A stretch of 64,000 bases of DNA from Vicinamibacterales bacterium (GTDB lineage Bacteria; Acidobacteriota; Vicinamibacteria; Vicinamibacterales; CAVVIG01), in the NCBI GenBank assembly GCA_035534615.1, contig DATLRO010000101.1, forward strand, positions 23,510-87,509. Reading direction: 5' to 3'. Below, piece after piece: positions 1-9,500 of this stretch. Each line of letters starts with the position of its first letter. The first letter of the stretch is position 1. The notes below the pieces were generated by a model, which was not told where the DNA came from, made no database searches, and saw only the letters and a program-made list of their open reading frames with translations. Both the position numbers and the translations under genes were made by a program.

Positions 1-2969
1 AGCCGGCCGCCGTGCGTCCGCAGATCCTGCGCCGCCTCGTCCAGTTCCTGGCGCTGCGTCACCGTCGGCAGGAACGGCGAGCCGGTGATCTCGCGATAGA
101 GCCGCAGCACGGTGCTGTTGGTCTTGCCGAGGTCCGTCTTCAGCCCGGCCGCCTCGCCGGCCAGCCGGTCGACGCCGCGCCTGATGCCGGCCGGCACGTT
201 CGGCGCCGCCGTCACCGCCTTCTTGAGCGCCTGCATCTGACGGTCGGCCGACGCCGCCTTCGCCGCGTCGGCGTCAGCCTGCTTCTGCACGTCGACCAGC
301 CGGTCGACCACCGCGCGCCGGGCCGTCCGATCGGCCTCGGTGATGCGGACCAGCGGATCGGCCTTCACCTCGACCGGCGTCGTCAGCTGCCGGCCGTCCA
401 CGGTCAGACGGGCGGTGTACTGCCCCGGATCGACCAGCGGCCCCTCGAGCGCGCCGAAGAAGCCCTCGCCCCCGCCGCCGTTGTGCCGCACCGGCGGCGC
501 GCCGCGCAGATCCCACTGCACGCGATTGATCCCCCGGTCGGTCGTCCCCTTCAGCTCGCGCACGACCTGGCCGACCCGGTCCAGAATCGTGATCGTCACC
601 TTGCCGGCGGCCGGCGTCTTCAGGTAGTAGCTGATCGCCGTCCCCGGTGCCGGGTTCTCGCCGTGCCACCACTTGCTCGCGAGGAACTGGTCGTCCGTGT
701 ACGCGCGGTAGTCGAACGCCACGGCCGGCCGGACGGTGAACAGGTGCACCGGGCTGGCGAGCACCTGCGGCGTCAACTCCTCGAGCGGCTCGATGTCGTC
801 GAGGACGTAGATGCTCCGGCCGTGCGTCGCCGCCACCAGATCCTCCTGCTGCGGCTGGATGATCAGGTCGGCCACCGGCACCGTCGGCATGCCGCTCATC
901 AGCCGCTCCCAGTGCCGGCCGGCGTCGATCGACACGTAGGCCGCGAACTGCGTGCCGGCGAACAGCAGGTCGCGGTTCTTGAGCCCCTCGCGGATCACCC
1001 GCACCGGTCCGTCCGCCGGCAGGTCGCTCGCGATCGACGTCCACGTCTTTCCGTAGTCTGTGGTACGGAACAGGTAGGTCGTGAAGTCGTTTTCCCAGTG
1101 GCCGTCGAACGCCACGTACGCCGTCCCCTCGTTGAACCGCGACGCGACGACGCGGCTCACCCACCGCCGGCCGGGCAGGCCGGGGACGTTCGCCGTCACG
1201 TCGGTCCAGTGCTGCCCGTCGTCCCGCGTCACCCACACGTGGCCGTCGTCGGTGCCGACGTAGAGCAGCCCGGCCTTCAGCGGCGATTCGTCGATCGTGC
1301 TGATCGTCCCGGCCTTGTTGGTGGTCAGCTCCGGGCTGATGATCGTCCAGGCGTCCCCACGGTCGGTCGACTTGAACACGAAGTTTCCGCCCAGGTACAG
1401 CGTCCGGTGATCGTGCTTCGAGACGATGTAGGGCGTCTCCCAGTTGAACCGGTAAGGCTTCTCCCCCTTCTTCGGCTCCGGCTTGATCGACGTGTTCCGT
1501 CCGCTGACGGTGTCGTGCCGCACCAGCCCGCCGTACTGCGACTCGGCGTACACCGTCGTCGGGTCGACCGGATCGGGATGCGCCTGGAAGCCGTCGCCGG
1601 TCATCACCTTGTGCCAGTCCGACTGCATGATGCCGACCTGGTCCCGCGTCGCGCTCGGCCCGCCCCAGGAACAGTAGTCCTGGACGCCGCCGTAGATGTG
1701 ATACGGATCCTGATTGTCGACGTCGACCTCGTAGAACTGGCTGATCGCCATCTGGTCGGCGAAATCCCACGTGCGCCCCCCGTCGTACGTGAGATAGATG
1801 CCGCCGTCGTCGCCGTCGATCATGTGCCGCGAATCGTGCGGGTCGATCCAGAAGGCGTGATGGTCCACGTGGATGTTGTCGCGCCGGCTCGTGAACGTCC
1901 GGCCGCCGTCGAACGACTCCGACAGGTTGCCGCCGACCGCCCACACGTGGTTCGGATCGTTCGGGTCCACCCGGATCTGGCTGAAGTAGAACGGGCGCTG
2001 ATCGAGCGAATTCACCCAGGTCCAGGTCTCGCCGCGATTGTCGGAGCGGAAGATGCCGCCATCCTGCATCGTCTTCGGTCCGGGCGTCTGCCGACCCGCC
2101 GGCCCCGTGTCCGTCTCCCGCGGCACCGTCGTCGGCGTCTGGACGATCGCGTACACGACCGACGGGTCGCTCCGCGACACGCTGAGCCCGATGCGGCCCA
2201 GGTCACCCGAGGGGAGCCCGTGCGTCAGCTTCTTCCACGTGCGGCCGCCGTCCGTCGTCTTATAGATGCCGCTGCCAGGCCCCCAGCCATGCGCCGGATC
2301 CCCGCCGTCGAAGCCGTCGCGCTGCACCTGGTACATCGCCGCATACAGCGTCAGGCTGTCGTGCGGATCCATCACCAGATCGATCGCCCCGGTGTGGTCG
2401 TCCACGAACAGGCTCCGCGTCCAGGTCAGGCCGCCATCCGTCGTCTTATAGACGCCGCGCTCCTTGTTCGGCCCCCACATGTGGCCCAGCGCCGCGACGT
2501 ACACCGTGTCGGGATGGCGAGGGTCGATGACGATGCGGCTGATGTGCTGGGTGTCCTTCAGCCCCATGTCCGTCCACGTCCGGCCGCCGTTGGTCGTCTT
2601 GTAGACCCCGTCGCCCCAGAGCACGCTGTTGCGCGGATTCGCCTCCCCGGTCCCGGCCCAGATCACGTCCGGATTCGCGTCGACCGCCGCGACGGCGCCG
2701 AGCGAGACCACCGGCTCGTGATCGAGGATCGGCGTCCACGTCACGCCGTTGTCGTCGCTCTTCCAGAGGCCGCCGGTGGCGGCCGCGACGTAGATGTGCT
2801 GTGGCGTCCCCGCCACGGCGATGTCGACGATGCGCCCGCCGGCCCCGGCCGGACCGACCGATCGCCAGGTGAAGTGCGTGAAGAGCGAGGCATCGACCTG
2901 CGCGTGCAGCGCGGCCGGAACGGCCAGCGCCAGCGCCGTGGCGAGGATGACGGCTTTGAGTGATCTCAT
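1..2969 (-). CDS. Sortilin/VPS10-like BNR (Asp-box) repeat secreted protein, C-terminus beyond left edge (partial)
   Basis: Absent from the ORF track because it runs off the edge. Manual translation of the - strand from ATG 2967..2969 gives MRSLKAVILATALALAVPAALHAQ (signal peptide) ..WRSVGPAGAGGRIVDIAV..GGLWKSDDNGVTWTPI. This is paralogous to 6592..9783. I read the first ~60 codons from the ATG and the last 19 codons at the window edge (..TQRQELDEAAQDLRTHGGR); for the stretch in between, the frame is inferred to stay open because the track lists no - strand ORF in this frame. The 983-aa + ORF 12..2963 is its antisense shadow. Confidence 0.85.
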   Translation of the reverse strand, partial: MRSLKAVILATALALAVPAALHAQVDASLFTHFTWRSVGPAGAGGRIVDIAVAGTPQHIYVAAATGGLWKSDDNGVTWTPILDHEPVVSLGAVAAVDANPDVIWAGTGEANPRNSVLWGDGVYKTTNGGRTWTDMGLKDTQHISRIVIDPRHPDTVYVAALGHMWGPNKERGVYKTTDGGLTWTRSLFVDDHTGAIDLVMDPHDSLTLYAAMYQVQRDGFDGGDPAHGWGPGSGIYKTTDGGRTWKKLTHGLPSGDLGRIGLSVSRSDPSVVYAIVQTPTTVPRETDTGPAGRQTPGPKTMQDGGIFRSDNRGETWTWVNSLDQRPFYFSQIRVDPNDPNHVWAVGGNLSESFDGGRTFTSRRDNIHVDHHAFWIDPHDSRHMIDGDDGGIYLTYDGGRTWDFADQMAISQFYEVDVDNQDPYHIYGGVQDYCSWGGPSATRDQVGIMQSDWHKVMTGDGFQAHPDPVDPTTVYAESQYGGLVRHDTVSGRNTSIKPEPKKGEKPYRFNWETPYIVSKHDHRTLYLGGNFVFKSTDRGDAWTIISPELTTNKAGTISTIDESPLKAGLLYVGTDDGHVWVTRDDGQHWTDVTANVPGLPGRRWVSRVVASRFNEGTAYVAFDGHWENDFTTYLFRTTDYGKTWTSIASDLPADGPVRVIREGLKNRDLLFAGTQFAAYVSIDAGRHWERLMSGMPTVPVADLIIQPQQEDLVAATHGRSIYVLDDIEPLEELTPQVLASPVHLFTVRPAVAFDYRAYTDDQFLASKWWHGENPAPGTAISYYLKTPAAGKVTITILDRVGQVVRELKGTTDRGINRVQWDLRGAPPVRHNGGGGEGFFGALEGPLVDPGQYTARLTVDGRQLTTPVEVKADPLVRITEADRTARRAVVDRLVDVQKQADADAAKAASADRQMQALKKAVTAAPNVPAGIRRGVDRLAGEAAGLKTDLGKTNSTVLRLYREITGSPFLPTVTQRQELDEAAQDLRTHGGR

Positions 2970-3129
2970 GGCGCGCCATTATAGAGGCGCGCGCGTGGTT
3001 TCGGCTACCGTCGAACATCCGGCCGGACCAGGAGAGCCGGGCGTCGTCGCGGGACTCCTGGTCTCCGGGCTGATCTACGGCCTGCCGTCTGCCGTCCTGC
3101 GTTCCGCGTGACAGATCGTCACCCCAGCC

Positions 3130-5829
3130 CTATTCGTGTCTCAAGGCGACAACCGGATCGACGCGCGCCGCACGGCGCGCCGGGATCAGGCAAGCGAGCA
3201 GGGCCGCCAGAATCAGGACGACGGATGCCACGAGAAGCACGGCGGGGTCGGTTGGCGAAACGTTGACGAGCTGTGATTTCAGGACCGGATTGACGGCCAG
3301 CGACGCCGCCAGGCCGATGCCCAGGCCGATGCCCACGGGCAGCAGGCCCTGTCGGAGCACCAGCGCGACGACGTCCCGGGCCGTCGCGCCGATCGCCATC
3401 CGCACGCCGATCTCCTGTGTGCGTCCGCTCACCGCATGCGCGACCACGGCATACAAGCCGATGAAGGCCAGCAGCAGCGCGATCGCGCCAAAGATCAGGA
3501 ACAGGACGGTATTCGTGCCGGTCCTCCAGTATCGGGTCGCCGCCAGACGGTCGGTCAAGCTGAAGGGACCAAGCCAGATTGGCAGATCGGGATCCAGCCT
3601 CTGGATCTCGCGCCGAACCTCGGATCCAAGACTGCCGGGAGGCACGCGGGTGCGCATGAGCACCCACACGCCGGCTGCCGGCCTCTGCCGGTACGGCAGG
3701 TACACGAGCGGGTCGAACGTGCGCCGGCTGCGACCGGGATCGTTCTGCGCGATATTCGGCGCGACGCCGACGACCGTCAACCACGAGCCGGGCGTGGTGC
3801 CGTCAAAGAGTCGAAGGCGCCTGCCGAGCGGATTCCCTCCTGGCCACTCTTGGCTCGCGAACCGCTGGTTCACAATCACCACCGGCATCGTCGAGGGGCC
3901 ATCGAAACCGTTGAACGGACGGCCGGAAAGGAGCGAGGCACCGAGCAGGCGGAAGTAGTCGCCACTGATGACCAGCGCAGACACTGCCGGCCGGCGTTGC
4001 GCATCGACGGGCGGAGCTCCGGCCAGCTCGTAGTATGGCCGTCTCGGAGAGCCCCACGTCGGAAGCGCATCGGTCACGGCCACGGACTCCACGCCCGGAA
4101 TCGCGTCGAGATGCCTCCGGAGCCGATCGAAAAAGGCCACCTTCGACTCGGCATCGGAGTACCGGCCGTCAGGCAGGTTCAGAAGCATCGTGAGGATGTT
4201 GTCCGTGTTCACGCCGAGATCGGCCGTGTAGATCTGCAGGAAACTTCGGATCATCACCCCCGCACCGGCGAGCAGCACGACGGCCAGCGCCACTTCGGCA
4301 ATCACGAGCGTCGCGGACAGATGCTTCCCGCGCCTCCCGCCGCCGGCGCTGCGGCCCCCATCCTTCAACGTGGCGTTGAGGTCGAGCTTCGAGAGCCGGA
4401 GCGCCGGCGTCAGCCCGAACAACACCCCGGTGCCCAGCGAGATCGCCGTGAGGTACGCCAGGACGCGGGTATCCATCGCGTAGTCGAACAGGTGATCCGA
4501 CCACGACGAGGTCGGCGGATTGGCCGCCAGGGCATAGGCGTGCACGCCCCAGCGGGCCAGCCACCAGCCGAGACACCCGCCCGCGGCCGACAGCAGGACG
4601 CTCTCGACGAGTAGCTGCCGCACGATCCGCCACCGCCCGGCTCCCAATGCCATGCGGACCGAGATCTCGCGCGATCGACTGAGTGATCGGGCCAGCAGGA
4701 GATTGGCGAGATTGACGCAGGCGATGAGGAGCACGAAGCCCACGGCAGCCCACATCGCGCCATAGATCGCAGTCGCATCGCGCCTGACGAAGAACTCGCT
4801 GAATGTCAGCGGGCTCGGGACCCAGCCCTCATTCGTCCGTGGATGGGCAGTCGCCAGCCGGTGCCCGATCGTGGTGAGCTCTGCGCGCGCCCCGTCGAAG
4901 GTGGCGCCATCGGCCAGACGGCCGAAGGCGAACCAGAGGTTGCGGGCTTCGCGCTTCTGGAGCTCGGCGGTCCCGGTTGGCGTGAAGGCCGCGCTCGACA
5001 CGAGCGGTACCCAGAGATCCTGGTCCTGCGGGAAAAAGAACCCCTGGGGCATGACGCCGATCACCGTCGTCGGCGTGTCATCGATCCTGATCGTCCGACC
5101 GACGATGGCCGGATCCTTTCCGTACCGGCGCTCCCAGAACGCGTAGCTGAGGATCGCGACCGGAGGGGCGCCTGGCTGATCATCGGCCGCCGTGAAGTCC
5201 CGTCCGAGCACCGGCTTCACGCCCAGCAGGCTGAAGCCGTTGGCCGTGATCCTGGTGGCGTCGTACGCCTCCCCGAACCCGTTCCTGTCTCGGAGCGTGA
5301 ACTTCCAGTCGGCGACGGCGCCCATCGCGTCGAACGATGTCGCCTGCGCCCGCCAGTCTTCGAAATCCGGATACGAGACACAACAACCGCCTCCTTGTCC
5401 GTTCTTCTGAGTGCCGATGTAGAGGATGCGGTTGTTCCCGTTGACCAGTCCGAATCCCTTGAAGAGGAGGGCGTTCGCCACGGTGAAGACTGCCGCGTTG
5501 ACGCCGATCCCGAGCGCGAGCATCGCGACGGCTACGGCGGTGAAGCCTGGGCTGCGTCGCAGGGAGCCGAGGCTGAAGCGCACGTCCTGCACGATCCCGT
5601 CGAGCCACGGCAGCCCGCGGCGATCGCGATACGCTTCCTTCGTCACGTCGACGCCGCCCAGTTTCAGCACCGCGGCGCGCCGCGCCTCGTCCGGCGTCAT
5701 CCCCCCGCGCAGGTTGTCGTCGATGTGCAGCTGCAGGTGGCTCGCGAGCTCGTCGGCGAGATCATCGTCCCGGCGCGAACCGGTCACCGAGCCGACAAGA
5801 CGCAGCACCCATGCCCGCACACGACGCAT
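3130..5829 (-). CDS. Duplicated FtsX/MacB-type ABC permease (acidobacterial duplicated orphan permease, ADOP family)
   Basis: 899 aa. N-terminal helix DDLADELASHLQLHIDD, then two permease halves, each a large periplasmic domain followed by FtsX-type TM helices. Lies directly downstream of a PadR gene, as is typical for ADOP. Confidence 0.9.
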   Translation of the reverse strand: MRRVRAWVLRLVGSVTGSRRDDDLADELASHLQLHIDDNLRGGMTPDEARRAAVLKLGGVDVTKEAYRDRRGLPWLDGIVQDVRFSLGSLRRSPGFTAVAVAMLALGIGVNAAVFTVANALLFKGFGLVNGNNRILYIGTQKNGQGGGCCVSYPDFEDWRAQATSFDAMGAVADWKFTLRDRNGFGEAYDATRITANGFSLLGVKPVLGRDFTAADDQPGAPPVAILSYAFWERRYGKDPAIVGRTIRIDDTPTTVIGVMPQGFFFPQDQDLWVPLVSSAAFTPTGTAELQKREARNLWFAFGRLADGATFDGARAELTTIGHRLATAHPRTNEGWVPSPLTFSEFFVRRDATAIYGAMWAAVGFVLLIACVNLANLLLARSLSRSREISVRMALGAGRWRIVRQLLVESVLLSAAGGCLGWWLARWGVHAYALAANPPTSSWSDHLFDYAMDTRVLAYLTAISLGTGVLFGLTPALRLSKLDLNATLKDGGRSAGGGRRGKHLSATLVIAEVALAVVLLAGAGVMIRSFLQIYTADLGVNTDNILTMLLNLPDGRYSDAESKVAFFDRLRRHLDAIPGVESVAVTDALPTWGSPRRPYYELAGAPPVDAQRRPAVSALVISGDYFRLLGASLLSGRPFNGFDGPSTMPVVIVNQRFASQEWPGGNPLGRRLRLFDGTTPGSWLTVVGVAPNIAQNDPGRSRRTFDPLVYLPYRQRPAAGVWVLMRTRVPPGSLGSEVRREIQRLDPDLPIWLGPFSLTDRLAATRYWRTGTNTVLFLIFGAIALLLAFIGLYAVVAHAVSGRTQEIGVRMAIGATARDVVALVLRQGLLPVGIGLGIGLAASLAVNPVLKSQLVNVSPTDPAVLLVASVVLILAALLACLIPARRAARVDPVVALRHE

Positions 5830-6022
5830 GTGGATCTCCGATTCCAGTCTCTTCGGACTACGGGCCAGAGTTCCGCAGTCCTTCTACGTTCTTCACAGCG
5901 GATGGGGCCCCTGCCCCCATCCGCGCGCGCGAGGCGGCTCGGCTGCGCCTCGCTCCCCTCCGGCGCATCGCGCGGGCCGCAGGCGCTGCGGTCTTCTTGG
6001 GCCCCTACCGCCCGCCTATCGC

Positions 6023-6361
6023 CTACGACGATTCTCCCGTCAGGAACCGCTCCAGAATCGCCGTCATCTGCGCCCATTCTTCCGTCTGCTTCCGGAGCTG
6101 ACGCCGCCCCGCCGAGGTCAGCCGGTAGAACTTCGCCCGCCGGTTGTTGTCCGACACGCCCCATTCAGACGTGACGTACCCTTCCTGCTCCAGCTTCAAC
6201 AGCGCCGGATACAGCGTGCCGTAGTTGACGACGAGCTGCTGGCCGCTGGTCTGTTCGATCCGCCGGGCCAGCCCGTAGCCGTGCAGCGGCCCCAGCGTCT
6301 CGAGCGTCCGCAGCACCATCAGCGCCAGCGTTCCCTGCCACACATCGGTCTTGTCGCCCAC
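6023..6361 (-). CDS. PadR family transcriptional regulator
   Basis: 112 aa with a PadR winged-helix pattern (LALMVLRTL..GPLHGYGLARRIE..YGTLYPALLKLEQEGYV..NRRAKFYRLT). GTG start with AGGAG 6 nt upstream. Confidence 0.92.
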   Translation of the reverse strand: MGDKTDVWQGTLALMVLRTLETLGPLHGYGLARRIEQTSGQQLVVNYGTLYPALLKLEQEGYVTSEWGVSDNNRRAKFYRLTSAGRRQLRKQTEEWAQMTAILERFLTGESS

Positions 6362-6368
6362 GGCTCAC

Positions 6369-6389
6369 TCCTATTGGATCGCAATAGGA
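6369..6389. promoter_or_regulatory. Perfect inverted repeat TCCTATTG-N5-CAATAGGA, candidate PadR operator overlapping the padR RBS
   Basis: Read directly: 8-bp arms and a 5-bp spacer, 8 nt upstream of the padR GTG. The 9-mer GCAATAGGA recurs at 6415..6423. Confidence 0.5.
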
Positions 6390-6591
6390 CGGTAGCACAT
6401 GGTTGTATGGGGAAGCAATAGGAACGAAGAACGAGGGGATTCTGGGTACGGATTCGGGATTGGGAGAGACGGGCTCGGGCTTGCGAACTCGGGGCTCCGC
6501 GCCCGGGAACAGCGCTTGCGGCAGGAGAGAGGGCGCCGGCGCAGGAAGCACCGACACCCTCTCAATTCTTCAATTCTTCACTTCCCCATTC

Positions 6592-9500
6592 TCACTTCTC
6601 ACCTCTCCCCGCCTCCATCACCGGCTCCACCCCGCTCCGCTTCAGCAGGTCGTTGAACTGCTGCACCTGCTGCTGCAGCGAGGTCAGCGTCGCCTTCCGC
6701 TGCGTCCAGGTCGCGTCGAGGTCGCTGGCGCGCCCGGTCAGCGCCGCCGTGACCGGCGGATCGTTGGCGTCCACCGAGCGGAAGAGGAACGTGTACTGGT
6801 CCATCAGCTCCGGCGGGAAATTGATGACGTCCTGGAACGTCTTCCGCTGCGGCTGCACGATGCCGTCGACCCACTGGTCGATCTGCGCCTCGAGCTTCTT
6901 TCCCGCGTCGGCAATCGCCGTCGCGTGCGCCGACTGGCTCGTCCGGGTCAGGATGCCGGCGACCTGCGTCCGGACGTCCCGCATCGAGGCCGCGGCCGCC
7001 GCGATCTCGTCGATGCGCGCCGCCAGCCGGGCGAGCAGCGCCTGCTGGCCGGCGAAATCGGCCGCCGTCAGCGTCGTCCGCGGATCGGGCCGCACGATGA
7101 GCGGCTGCGTGAGCGTCCTGCCTTCGGCCGCCAGCCGGACCTCGTAGGCGCCGGGCGCCAGCGCGTACCCCTCGAGCCCGTCGCCCGGCATGATGCCCGG
7201 CACGCCGCGCAGACTGTCGCCGCGCAGATCCCAGACGAACCGGTTCATGCCGGCTTTGGCCGGCAGCACCTCGGGCTTCGGCGCCCCCCCGGTCGGCTCG
7301 AACCCGTGCCCGCGGGGCTCCGCTGCCGCCTCGCTCGAGAACGACCGGACGACCTTGCCGTCCTGCAGGATCTCCAGCGTGACCGGCGAACCGGCCTTCG
7401 GCGCCTGCGGCAGCTCGTAGTCGATGATGGCGCCGATCGGCGGATTCGTCCCCGTGCCGTGTCCGCCCGGCCGGCCGTCGAGCACGCGCAGCGCCGGCGC
7501 CGGCTTGAACAGGGAGACCCCCGCGCCCGCCACCGCAGCGGTGAGCTGACGGAGCGGGCTGAGGTCGTCCAGAATCCAGAACGCCCGGCCCTGGGTCGAC
7601 GCCAGCAGGTCGTCGCCGTGCACCATCAGGTCGGTCACCGGGACGACCGGGAAGTTCAGCTGGAGGCTCTGCCAGTGCGCGCCGTCGTCGAACGACACGT
7701 CGACGCCGGTGTTGGTGCCGGCGTACAGCAGGCCCTTCCGCACCGGATCCTCCCGCACGACGCGCACGATGTCGTGCGGCGCGAGCCCGTTCACAATCGA
7801 CGTCCACGTCTTGCCGTAGTCGGTCGTCCTGAAGACGTGGGGGGCATCGTCGCCCCATTTGAAGCCGGTCGCCGCAATGTAGGCCGTACCCGGCGTCTCG
7901 GGCGAGACGTCGATCGCCTTGATCTGCGTCTTCTCGATCCCGGGCGGCGTGACGTTCTGCCACGTCTTGCCGCCGTCGCGCGTCAGGTGCACCAGGCCAT
8001 CGTCACTGCCGACCCACAGCGTGTCGACGTTGCGGGGCGACGGCGCGATGTACAGGATCGTGTTGTAGACCTCGCCGCCCGCCCCCTCGTTGGTGATTGG
8101 GCCGCCGCCCGGCCCCTGCGTCTTCTTGTCGTTGCGGGTCAGGTCCGGGCTGATGACCGTCCAGGTCTGACCGCCGTTCTCGGTCCGGAACACGACGTTG
8201 CCGCCCAGATAGACGATGTTCGGGTTGACCGGCGATTCGACCACCGGGGTGTTCCAGTTGAACCGGTACTTCTGCTCGTTCGAACGGGCGCCGAGCCCCT
8301 GCGCGGGGTACGGCATGATGACGCGATCGAGCTTCGTGTCGCGATCGAAGACGTCCACCATCCCCTGGTAGCAGGTCGCGTACAGGTCGCGCGGACTCTT
8401 CGGGTTGAACGCCACCGACGCGCTCTCGCAGCCGCCGAACGTGAACCAGTCCGGCCGGCTGATGCCGTCGCCGAAGCTGCGGCTCGCGATCCCGACGGTG
8501 GTATTGTCCTGCTGGCCGCCGTACAGGTAGTACGGAAACCGGTCGTCCGCGTTGACCCGGTAGAACTGCCCCGTCGGTTGGTTGTTCTCGGTCGACCAGC
8601 TCCGGCCGCCGTCGAAGGTGATCGCGGCGCCGCCGTCGTTGGCGTTGATCATGTTGAGGTCGTTGTGCGGATTGATCCACAGCGCGTGATTGTCGCCGTG
8701 CGCCTGGTCGACGCGCTGGAACGTGCGTCCGCCGTCGATCGACCGCAGCAGCGGGGCGTTGATCACGTAGACCGTGTTCGGGTTCTGCGGATCGGCCGTC
8801 ACCTGCGTGTAGTACCAGGCGCGCGCCCGCGTGACCCGGTTGCCGCTCGTCCGCGTCCAGGTCCTCCCGCCGTTGTCCGATCGGTACACGCCCCCCTTGT
8901 CCGCCTCGATGTTCGCCCACACCCGCTGCGGATCGGCCGGCGACACGGCAATCCCGATCTTCCCCATGATGCCGGTCGGCAGACCGTCGGTCAGCTTCGT
9001 CCACGTGTCGCCGCCGTCGGTCGTCTTGTAGATGCCGCTGCCCGGACCGCCGCTCCGGATCTCCCACGGCAGCCGCTGGTGATCCCAGTAGGCCGCATAG
9101 ATGATGCGCGGGTTCGACGGGTCCATGCTGAGCTGCGACACGCCGGCCGTGTCGCTGACGTGATGGACCAGCGTCCACGTCTTCCCGCCGTTCAGGCTCC
9201 GGTAGACGCCCCGCTCGGGCGTCGACATCCAGGGGTTGCCCTGCGCCCCCACGTACACGACGTCGGGGTTCGTCGGACTCACCACGATCGACGAGATGCG
9301 CATCGTCTTGTCGAGCCCGATGTGCGTCCACGTCGCCCCCGCATCGGTCGACTTGTAGACGCCGTCGCCGTCCGACGTCGCCACGCCGCGGACCGCCGGC
9401 TCCCCCATCCCGACGTACACGACGTTCGGATCGGAGGCCGCGACCGCGATGGCGCCGACCGATCCCGTGTGGAAGAAGCCGTCCGAGACGTTCTTCCAGG

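Noticed and set aside
12-2963. 983-aa + strand ORF, and similar Arg/Pro/Gly-rich giants such as 6403..9789, 24869..28744, 39600..42542 and 43812..46097
   Set aside because: Their composition (R/P/G/A/H-rich, no motifs) is typical of antisense shadows in GC-rich DNA. Each lies opposite a - strand gene with clear family signatures.
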